Shown here: one piece after another, positions 35,861 to 46,261 of the stretch
How positions within the stretch are numbered: position 1 is the stretch's first letter
Layout: each line of letters opens with the position of its first letter
Assembly: GCA_964019335.1 (NCBI GenBank)
Contig: OZ025715.1
Coordinates: forward strand, 372,001-436,000
Reading direction: 5' to 3'
From: Diplonema japonicum
Taxonomy: Eukaryota > Protista > Euglenozoa: Diplonemea
Length of the DNA: 64,000 bases
Made by a program: the position numbers and the translations under genes
Notes under the pieces: generated by a model
The model's input: the letters and a program-made list of their open reading frames with translations, nothing else
Database searches by the model: none
Told to the model about the DNA's origin: nothing

Positions 35861-38796
35861 ATGCAAGATGTTCTGGTGGCACACAGCGTCAGGTACGGCG
35901 GCCAGCATGAAGCCGAGCGGGTGGAACTGCCATTGACGATCCCAAACTGCCAATGGAGTGCTGTTGACTGTTCAGAGGGGTATGTAGCGGTGGCTGCAAA
36001 CGTTGTGGGGTATCACGGAAAGAGAGCAGGCGTTTTCATATGGGACTACGCAAAGAACGAAGTTCAAGAAAAAGATGGGTGGGTGTGGGGCTGCAACGAG
36101 GAAGAGGTTATCCACACACTGCGAATCTCCCCAAAGGGCGGCGCTGTTGCTCTCGCCACTAATCTCTCACGTGTTGTGGTGCACTCCGCTGCGAAGGGAA
36201 CCAACACACGAGTCAACGCTCTTACAGTTCAGCACCAGGCCCATGAAGCCACCGTCACCTCGATGTGCTGGGGGTACCGTGGGCTGTACACGGCAGACGC
36301 TGCAGGTGTTATCTACGAATACGACTGGCTGTCGTCTTTCCGCCCGACGCGTCTCGCGGATCTCAACGAGAAGATCCTCCAAATCGCCTCGAACACCTTC
36401 TCTGTCGCAGCGCATGTCTGCAACGAAGGCCGGACACATCTCCTCGTCACCACCGAGCGTAGGTGCCTCCTCCTTAACGTAACAGACGGCATGATCATCA
36501 CCGTGAGGCATAAGAACAACCCGCGACATGCACCCACGGGTGGTTCCTTCCATGCTACTACTGGTGGGATGCTCATTCTGCACGGTACCGACGACTCGAC
36601 ACCCTCCCTGACCCTCACCACCCCTCCCGTCAATACCTTCCACAATGGAATTGAAGCGATTCAGACTATTGGTCTCACGCCGCTCTCTAACCTAGGTGCT
36701 TCAGGTGAGCTTTCCTCACTGACTACTCTCTTCAACGGGAATATTGTGGCAGCCGGCAAGGCGTCGTGCTTTGTGCTGAATCCCTATTTCGGCATTGTCA
36801 GTGAGTTTCACTTCCCTTCTGACTTGCGGTGTGTGAGCGTTGCTTCGTCGGAGATCTTCTGCCTTCTGGCCAACAACGAGATCGTCCGACTGCATGCGTC
36901 ACGCCCTCTCAACAAACACAATTTAGCGCCTGCTGTGAGGTGGGACCCTGTGCAGTACGTGACAGCTAACACGGTGGCCATATCGTGTTTGGTTATTGTG
37001 TGTGCTGCTGGGGAAGGCAGGTTCAGGAAGAGCAAAGGTGGTGTCAGCAGCAATACCTCACCGAAGCCTGTAAGGATCCTGACCCCTGTTGAAGAGCTCG
37101 AAAGGGCACGGCGGCAGGTATCACAGACTGTCATCAGCGGCATCAAGAGCACGTACAAGATGTTCCACAGCAATACACAGACACCAGTCCCGTACTTGGT
37201 ACGGGTGATCATCACTGCGAGTTTCAGCACTGTGGCGCTGGGTGCTGCCCAGGTCGAGGATGCAGCCATCAAGGAAGGCATTCGGAACATTGTGTGGGAC
37301 ATTGTTAGCGAGCTGATTCAGGAACCTCAGCACAAACTGAAGACCGAGAAGAAACCGCGGAAACGGCAGATGAAGGTGCTGAAGCCAACGGCGAAGGCCA
37401 AGGCAGCGACCATCAGGTCTCCGACACGGAAGGCTGCACCGCCAGTCGTCCCGAACTTCAACGACATCGACCTTATCTACGATGATACGATGTCGCCGTA
37501 CAGTGTGAAGATCAAGCAGATTGTAGCAGCTGACGCCAAGCTGCGCGACGCTCACCACGCCGTCAAGATGAAGGAGCTGCTGCTGCAACGCACACACGAA
37601 GCAGCTTCCACAGCAGTCGTGGTAGTGGTTCTATCGACGTGGGACATCAACCCCCTGCAGATGCTGCGAGACCACTGTGTTACAACAGCGCAAGTCTCTG
37701 CCTTGACGGTGGCCGTCTTCGGGTGGCACACGATAACCTTACGACTGAAGAGAAAGGCCATCCACCGTGTATGCCGTGACTTAATACAGAACGTGTGGTG
37801 GGCCGTAGAGGACGAGATCACCACCATAGAGAAGAGAAAGACTCGCGATCGGGAGGAAGCCCGACAAGCCGCACAGCTTGCGGTGCTGCAAGACATCCAA
37901 GCAAGGCAACAGGTGCCGATATCGATGTTCAAAAAATCGGATGAAGAGGACATCATGCACAAGGTATGCGCCGCCCACAACAAAAAGCACACTTAAACAC
38001 AGTTCGATGCGATGAACCAGCTCATCCAGGCACGATCCGCGCTGTTCGCCGCAGTGCTGTGCGTTGTATCGCAACCGTGCATTGAAGAGATACAGCATCG
38101 TGAAGCTACAAAGATTAAAGAAGGGATGGTCGCCGCCATGGTGAAGTGGGCTGTAGACGTCGTGAGGAGCGATGACGCTTCTGCATATCAGGGGCAGAAA
38201 GAAGTCACTGGGGTATGTACTGTATAATTATTGCTCAACCCCAACAGGATACTAGTTGGGAAGAGTTCTTGCCCGAGGAGGTGAAGGAGAAGATGGCAAC
38301 GCTGAAAGAATCCGTGCGGGAAGAAATATCGAATGCTTACCAGCCGCTTATCGAGAGACATCAACAGGAGATCAGGGACCTCGGTCCCAAAAGGGGAGAA
38401 ATAGCAGCATTCGAGTACGAGAGAACACCACTGTGGAACGCGGAGTGGAGCAAAGGTCTTCTGCTGGCAACAGACCCCCCACCATGGGCCACGCCAGACG
38501 GCCAAGAAATGGCATGCAACCCTGTCGACGATCCCGATGTGCTCCCCAAACCGTCATTGGTGTGGGACGGCGACTGGCAGACCTCACCGTGGCGTTTCAG
38601 CAATGGTAGCTACTGGGAAAGAGAATGCGGGATGTTTTCAATTCTCAGAAGGCGTGCCTGGAAGCGCATGTGGGTGTGCCCTCGGACAGAAGAACGCCAC
38701 TCAACACTCCTCACCACACAAGCTGACGAGTTGAAGGACTGGACACACTGCGTCATCACAGACATCCTTGACCGGGAAGCAGCAGGTGCCCAATGA
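35861..38796 (+). CDS. Beta-propeller (WD40-like, HPS5/TECPR2-like N-terminus) protein with C-terminal DysF/Pex24-type domain, 3 exons
   Basis: ATG follows TCCACAG; the upstream part of the listed ORF is low-complexity intergenic DNA. WD-like HEATVTSMCWG..GLYTADAAG. C-terminal FEYER.PL..WS...L.TD.PPW..PDG...W.GDW...W.F...RRRAWKR is the DysF pattern. Introns 37964-38002 and 38213-38247 keep the frame. Confidence 0.7.
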
Positions 38797-38984
38797 AATG
38801 CCTCGACTCTCAAAAACAAATGGGAAAGAAAAAGGGACAAAAAAAAAGATTTGGTTTAATACACAAATAGCCCCCCCCCCCCCTTCCGTTGAGTAGCCCC
38901 TTCATCTACATACTTAGTACTTTCGTTTTTCTGTATTGCAAAAAGATTGTTGGGTTGAAAACCGGCGAAGCATAAACCAGGAAG

Positions 38985-41900
38985 ATGTCGGGGGCGCTGA
39001 TAGAAGTGGGTGCCCTCTGCTTCGGGTTGAGTGCGAAGGATTCATGGAAGGTAGGGAAGGTAGTGGAGTGGAATGGAAAGGTGGGTGCTGTGCAGTCGAA
39101 CGATGGGGAGAAGCTGTCGAAGCTGTCGGAGGACATGATCAACTTGGTGAGCGACGAGGTGCTGAGCGAGGATGTGGACGATCTTCTGAACCTCACGTTG
39201 CTGCACGACTCAACGCTGCTTCACGTCCTTCGGCAGAGGTACATGCGGGATGTGATATACACGAACATCGGAGCGATTGTGGTGGCATTGAACCCGTTCA
39301 ATTTTAAAATTCCTCACTACACTGACGATAACATGCCGAAATATCTGGCGGAGGGTGACAGGATTGAAGAAAATCTACCTCATTCATGGGCGGTGGCGCA
39401 CAACACGTACTGGGAGCTGCGGAACGATCAGCAAAACCAAACCATTCTCGTTTCCGGGGAGTCCGGTGCAGGGAAAACCGAAGCGTCGAAAATTGTCATG
39501 AAATACCTCGCTGCCCTGTCGTGCAAAAGCGGGGACAAAGCGAACAAAGAGGCCGCTCAAATGGTCGGCACCAAGATCAACATGGCGTCGCCGCCCTTGG
39601 AGTCCTTTGGAAACGCAAAAACAGTCCGCAACGACAACTCGTCTCGATTCGGGAAGTTCATGAGAGTGAAGTTCGACGACACGGGCTTCCTCGTCGGCGC
39701 TCACATCACGAAATATTTATTGGAGAAGTCCCGAATCGTCACCGCCGCACAAGGCGAACGGGTGTACCACTCATTCTACCTCGTCGTTCGCGGCAACGAC
39801 ACCCGTTTGAAACTCGCCAGAGACTCATCTTACAAAAGCCTTGCCTCGGGTAACATGCTTGCCAACAAGGAATTCGATTCCAAAGAAGAATACGATGAGG
39901 TGATCACCGCGCTCTCCACTATGGGGCTGCCTACAACCGACATCGATGGTATCTGGAAGTGCGTGGCGGGGGTTCTAAACGCGCTGAACATAGAGTTCCT
40001 GGAGGACGGCGAAGGATCGAAGGTGAGCGAGGGTTCGCAGGGCTTCATCGACTTAACGTGTGAACAATGGGGCATCGACAGCGAGGTGCTCAAGAAGGAA
40101 GCGGTGACAACAACCATGTTTGTCGGTGGGCAGTGGATCACGAAGGTGTTGTCCCCTGTAAAAGCAGTCGACGGCAGGGACTCTCTAGTCAAAGCTACGT
40201 ACGACTACGAATTCGGTTGGCTAATTGAAAAATGCAATGAAATGTTGGATGTCAACTGCGAAGGGACCTGGGTGGGCCTCCTCGACATCTTCGGCTTCGA
40301 AGACTTCGAGGTCAACTCCTTCGAACAGATTTGCATCAACCTCGCCAACGAGTCCCTCCAAGGCCACTACAACGAGTTCATCTTCACCAAGGACATGGAG
40401 CTCTGCCGTGCAGAGGGCATCGACGTGACAGAAGTCGAGTTCCCCGACAACGCAGAATGCCTCAACATGGTCTCTGGCCGTGGGGGAATCCTCGCTCTCT
40501 TAGACGAAGAATGCTCCCTTGGGAAGGGCAGCTCCGCAGGGTTCCTCCACAACGTCGAGGAACACCACAAGAAAAACCCGTTCTTCAGGAAGAAAGCCCT
40601 TGCGAAGAACTCATTCATCATCAGACACTACGCGGGCGACGTTTCATATGACGTGACAGGCGTTCTCGACAAGAACAGGGACACGCTCAAGGAAGCGTAC
40701 AAGAACATGATGCGTGCCTCCTCCGACCCCTTCATCGCGGTCCTTCACCCCGACCCTGCTACTCAGAACGCCAAAAAACAAACCGTCGGCGGGTTCTTCA
40801 AAGAACAGGTAGCCCTCCTCATGGAGCTGATCAACAGCACCAACCCCCATTGGATCCGCTGTGTCAAGCCCCACCCTGCGAAGAAGCCCCTCCACTTTGA
40901 CGGTGTGTCGACAATGAAGCAGCTCGCTTCATCCGGTGTCCTTGGCACCGTGAAGATACGCAAGGCAGGGTATCCCATCAGGCTGAACTACGACGCCTTC
41001 AAGGTGCGCTACCGTATCATAGCCTCCGACCCATGTGCCGAGCCGAAGGCTGTGGCGCAGGACATCTTCAGCACACTCGAGTTCACAAAGAAGGAAGGCC
41101 AACTGGGTGTCACCATCGTCTTCCTGAAAACGTCCGGCTACGTGGAGCTGGAGAAGATGAAAAGGGTACGGCTGGCCGTCTTCGCGAAAACCTTGGTGAT
41201 GTCAGCGCAGACGCACATGTCGCGGTTGAGAGTAGCATGCCAGCGGAAGGTGGCGCAGGTGGAGGTGATACAGACATACCTCCGGTCCAAGCCTTCGGAG
41301 ATATTGTGGAGGAGGAAGCAGTACGCTCTGATCGAGGACAAAATAATAGAAGCCACGAAGCAACTCCTCGTAGGTGTGAAGGAGGAGGACATCCAAAGGA
41401 AAGAGATTGCAGAAGAAGAAGACGCAGCACAGAAGGCGATGGTGGCGTCACTACTAGACGGGCTCGAGGGGGTCATACAGCACTGGAAGGACACGAAACC
41501 TGCACGGGACGAGGCGGCAAGGGTGGCAGTGCTGGACACTGAGTCGGGCGAGAGAAACGTCATCCTACATAAGGAGAAGGATGCACTAGCTGCCTTGCTG
41601 AAAGAAGTGGAGGAGCACAAGTATGAAATGGAAGACCTGCAGTACGAGAGAGAGGAAAATGAGAAGCTCGCAGAAGAGATGAAAAAACAAGAGGAACAGG
41701 AAAAAGAACGGCAATTAGAAGAAGCCCGACGGGAGGCAGAACGTGAAGCGCAAGCACAAGAGATAGAAAGACAACGGCACATTGCCTTGGCTGTGTGGGC
41801 ACAGCAGGAAGAACGCGAGGAAATGGAACAGAGAAAGATGCAAGCGGTGTTGGAACGCAAGGAGACAGCGAAGAAGAAGAGGATGTTAACGCAGCTCACT

Positions 41901-42377
41901 GCGAAGGAGCTGAAGGAGCAGGAGAGGCTACAGATAGCAAGGTCGCGGCTGCAATACCCTGAAAGGACCTTCGACACCAGCTCAAAGGTGTTCACAGCAG
42001 GCTCGCAAAGGCCGTCTACCTCTACAACACCTGCGTCACCACAATCACAGTCGCCCTTCAAGCCAGTTCACCTCCCGTACTCCCCTCCACCTTCTTCTGT
42101 ATCTCCCCATCGGACGTCAGTAGGGCGCTCGTCCTGCTCGCCATCTCACAGACCCAGCCCGTCTTTGGTATGCAGGATCTTCTGTTTACAATTAATTCTT
42201 TTTTTCTTTTCCCCCACTCCAGCGTGCAGCAAGTATAACAAGCCCGTCTCCAGAGTACAGCCCACCTAGCATAGGGGGCCTGACATCGCAGAAGGAGCGG
42301 CTGAGCCAGGCAAGAGTGCAGCCAGAGACGCTCAGTTCCCTCGACATGGTACGCATTTGACCAAAAAAAAAAAAAAG

Positions 42378-42418
<41 letters not shown>

Positions 42419-42688
42419 TAACGCGGCTCAGAAAACTGAAAGACGTGAGAGATGGCAGCCTCATGATCAGCCCGAAGATTTCCCTCAAAGACCGGAGGAA
42501 CCCCGAGAACCCCAACAACCCCAGATGGAGGCCTTCTGAGGACGACACTGTTCTTTTGCCTGATGGGACAAAGGTCCCTACGAGCAGAGCGGTATGTTGT
42601 GTGGGGGGAAGAAACTTTTTATTCTTCACAGTCTCCGAGTGACGACCCACAAGAGCGGCGGAGACGGCGGGCGGGCTTGAAACAGTGA
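38985..42688 (+). CDS. Myosin heavy chain (motor, degenerate IQ motifs, coiled coil, Ser/Pro-rich tail), 4 exons
   Basis: P-loop GESGAGKT, switch I NDNSSRFGK, switch II LLDIFGFE, NSFEQICINLANE, PHWIRCVKPH. Introns 42168-42222, 42349-42417, 42592-42631 extend the tail in frame. Class not assigned; resembles euglenozoan class XIII-like myosins. Confidence 0.95.
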
Positions 42689-43143
42689 ACGAGAGAGAAA
42701 AAATATGAAATGAAAAATACATGTTTATCCCTTTGCCCCCCCCCCCCCCGACCTTTAGATCCGATTACAAAAAAAAAATTAGTTGTATTATTCTTTTTTT
42801 TTCTTCCCTCCGTTCTGTTGTTCTCCCTTTTATTCTCTTTTCGTTTTTTTTAAAAAGAAAAAAAGAAAGAAAAAATGAGAAAAATGAAAAAGAAAGCTGT
42901 ATCCCCCCCCCCCCCCCCCCCAACTTAATAGACCTATCAGATAGGGAGAGGACAAAATTATCTTTCTTCAAAAGAAAAAGAAAAGTGCGTGATGTCTGCT
43001 TTTTATTTGTTTTCTGGGAGCAGCGCTGCAGAATGCTGCGTAGGTAAGCTGCGTAGTGTAGTGATGCTACAGGTGAGTGGTGTCGCCTCTCCTAGCTAGC
43101 TGTGTGCACGCTGAGATGGGGCAAGCCGCGGAGCATTGTCTTT

Positions 43144-43178
<35 letters not shown>

Positions 43179-43278
43179 GACCGGTACACATTTTCTTTGT
43201 AATTTTTTTTTTCTCGCCGCTTATATAAAATTTAAAAAAAAAAAAAAAGAAGGGAAAAAAAAAAAAAAAAAAAAGAAA

Positions 43279-44164
43279 ATGCCGCTTCAAGCCGCAAAGC
43301 CAGACATGGAATTGTCCTACGGGTTGGGGTTGTTAGCGTTCGCATTGCTACACGCGTGTTATACCACAATACTGCCGAATGTGGTTCCTGGGTATTATTT
43401 GACACACACAAAAAAAAAAAAAAAAGGTACAAAAGGTTCCCAGACTTCAAAAAGTGGGAATGGTCCAACAGAATAGTTGCACTATGTGTGTGCTCATGGA
43501 TGACGGTCTGCACTGCATGGTACTGGACACAGAAGGAGGACCTGTTCATCTGGGATGCAGAAGGTTTGCACAAAAAAAAAAAAAAAACTCAAACACAGAA
43601 ACCATCCCCCTCTTCCAGCAGTCCTGCATCCAATTTATGGTGGGCTATGTCCTCTACGATCTTGTAATCTGTTTTTTTGTGGAATCGGAGCTCACCTACC
43701 TCTTTATCGTGCATCACGTGCTGGGGGCAGTTTCTCATCTCATTGTTCTTACGTACGGAGATGGGATAGGTGCTTACTACTCCATGTTGGTGTATATCTC
43801 TGAAGGCAGCACTCCTTTCATGCATATTGCGTGGTTTTTCAATGAACTACGGAACCAAGAAGACAAGAAGAACGCGGCTTATTGGAGCACTGGGCTGAAC
43901 GATGTGCTTTTCAAGCTGTCATCGGCCTTGCTGCTCCTCTGCTTCTTTTTGTTCCGTGTGTGCCTGTCGCCTTGTATTGTGTACCACAGCTACACCAAGG
44001 GCCTCCCTGTTTGGACTCAAAATATTTCGGCTGAAGTGGGTGCCGTGCAGGTTTTTATTCTGTTCTCTTTCATGTGTATTAACTGGTACTGGTTCTACTG
44101 CCTTATCAAGCTTGCTGTCGAAAATTTCGTAGGGGGTCCTTCCAATGATAAAAAGAGTCAGTAG
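43279..44164 (+). CDS. TLC (TRAM/LAG1/CLN8) domain membrane protein, TMEM56/TLCD-like, 3 exons
   Basis: Motifs W.NRIVA, GYVLYDL, FIVHH, SEGSTPFMH, FFLFRV, NWYWFY. Introns 43392-43426 and 43564-43598 (35 nt each) join three frames. Confidence 0.88.
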
Positions 44165-44684
44165 AGGGGAGCACGTGGGTTTTTATTAAATTATTTTTTT
44201 ATTTTAAATTTCCGGTTTTGCGAGACCTTCGCAGTACAAAAAAAAAAAAAAAAGAAAAAAAGAGAAAAAAAGAAAATGTGGGCAGTTGCTAACACTTCTC
44301 TCCGTCATCATATATTTGAGTTTTTTTTTTTTTTATATTACCTACCCCTCCCTTTTTTTTTTTTTTTTTTTACACGATACCCTTCTTTTGTTCCATCGGG
44401 GACTTTAAACAGCTAATTACAGCGGGAAAAAAAGAAAAAAAAAGATAATGAGGGAAAAAAGATTTTTTTTTTCTCTCCTTTCCCCGTTGTTAATTTTCTC
44501 TATTGACCTCAAAGGGACAGCACGAGACAGGGGTGGGTCTTTCACAAGGATATGAAAGGGTAGCATTTCTTGTAAAAAAAACCGTTTTATTTCTCATTTT
44601 TTTTCTTTTTTTTGTTTAACAATATTTGTCGAGGCTAAAAACTAGTTGATGGCAGCGTAATAAGCTATTTTATTAGGTAAAATC

Positions 44685-44846
44685 CCGCTCGTGCGCACAA
44701 ACAAATGAAGCGCCAAACTAGTTTTTTTTTTTGCAAGAACGAGTCTTTGATTTGTCTAAACAAAAGGGGAACGTTGGCAACGTGTTTCGGGTTGACAAAC
44801 TTCTCCAGGTTTTACCCGGCACGTACAAACAATGGCCAGTTCCTCT
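44685..44846 (+). repeat. Diverged module B copy with upstream motif repeated at ~45652-45678
   Basis: TCGTGCGCACAAACAAATGAAGCGCC (cf. TCGTGCACACAAACAATGAAGCGCC at 45652), then TTGCAAGAACGAGTCTTTGATTTGTCTAA...TTCTCCAGGTTTTACCCGGCACGTACAAACAATGGCCAG. Confidence 0.65.
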
Positions 44847-45180
44847 TTTTTTTTTTTTTTTTTTCCCATGTGTTCGGGGGGGGGGGGGGGGGGGGGGGGG
44901 GGCACCCCCCAACCGGTAAGAACAAGAAAAGTTTTTTTTTTCTTTTTTTTTTTGAATTCCCAATTTTTCCTATCGCCTCCTCCTCCTCACATGTTGTTTC
45001 TTGTTTCTCATTTTGCAATATTCCCTTTTATGTTTCACTACCTTTTAATTAAATGTTTTCTTTTTTTCCCCCCCGTTACTTCGTGTGTTGTGTTTACTGT
45101 TCTTGTACATGTTGGTGACAGCTGTACAGTCCATCGTATTTTTATACAGGATCTTCTTTTTTTTTTTGCCCCCCCACCCA

Positions 45181-45344
45181 TAAACCCCCCCCCCCCCCCC
45201 CCATAGGGCGGCCCTCTAGCGGGGGGCTTGTCCTGTACTTTGAGTTTTTTATTTTATTTTTTCTCCTGCAAAGACGCTGCTTGCATTCGTTTGTTGATTT
45301 TCGAAACAAAATCCGGTAGAAAACAACAAAACAAATGTCAGAAT

Positions 45345-45375
<31 letters not shown>

Positions 45376-45512
45376 GTTGCTTGAACAAGAAAAACAATAT
45401 ATTGATAATGAATTGTTATTGCTAAAAAGAGTAGTGGTAGCATTGTTGGGCTTATCCTTCTACAGGTTTAACCACGGCTGTGCACAAACAACCATCAACC
45501 GACTCTTTTTCT
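45181..45512 (+). mobile_element. Non-autonomous copy of the LINE 3' region (module A ... module B), SINE/SIDER-like
   Basis: Same two modules in the same order and orientation as 2067-2683, with no coding sequence. Confidence 0.7.
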
Positions 45513-45560
45513 CTTTTTTTTTTTTTTTTTTTACTTAATATCGTCGAGACGAAATGCTAG

Positions 45561-45650
45561 TATTTTATTTTATTTTATTTTATTTTATTTTATTTTATTT
45601 TATTTTATTTTATTTTATTTTATTTTATTTTATTTTATTTTATTTTATTT
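45561..45650. repeat. (TATTT)n microsatellite, ~18 units
   Basis: Perfect pentanucleotide array, directly visible. Confidence 0.95.
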
Positions 45651-46217
45651 TATCGTGCACACAAACAATGAAGCGCCTGGCTTTTCTTTTTTTTTTCTTT
45701 TTTTAAACAAGTAGTGGTAGCATGCAGTATGTATTTTATACCGCGTGCTCAAACACAAAGTGTTGCTGGCTCTTCTCACATTCATCGAATTGAATTTTCT
45801 TTTTTTCGTTCGTTGCGACCACCATAGTTTTTCATGCGATCCGGCTTGAGCAGTAAAATTATTTTCAAAAAGAAAAAAAAAGGAAGAAAAAGAAAAAGTA
45901 AGGAGACACCCAGGGTTTTCGTGGCAAAGAATAACAACAACAAAAGTGAGGGAGAGATAAGGAGGAAGTTTTAAAAAAGAAAAGGGAAAGAAAAAAGAAA
46001 ACGAATAGAAGAAAAGGGAAAAAAAAGGAAAGAAAAGAAAAAAATACGGCATGAAATCTAGCGGCCACTTGTACACAAAATAGCGAGAAGAAAGTACAGA
46101 GAAAGAATCGAGGGAGAAAAGTGGAGAGACAGGTCGATGGTGAAACAAACTCAGAGCGACTTTTAGTACTGCCTCTGTTGTTGGCCGTCTGGCCTTTTCC
46201 ATCTCTGCATTTATTTT

Positions 46218-46251
46218 CTTTCTTTCTTATCTTCTCAACGCCGCCTCACAG
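46218..46251 (+). promoter_or_regulatory. Putative trans-splice acceptor (pyrimidine tract + CAG) of the GH116 gene; representative of similar sites before most genes
   Basis: TTTCTTTCTTATCTTCTC...CTCACAG 10 nt before the ATG, conserved in both copies. Comparable YAG sites at ~11860, 19676, 25313, 35857, 38980, 58114, 61960. Confidence 0.55.
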
Positions 46252-46261
46252 GTAAAGACAC

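Noticed and set aside
45228-45244. CTGTACTTT resembling the 3' end of the euglenozoan spliced leader
   Set aside because: Only a 9-nt match, the other two copies read CTGCACTTT, and the rest of the leader and its donor site are absent.
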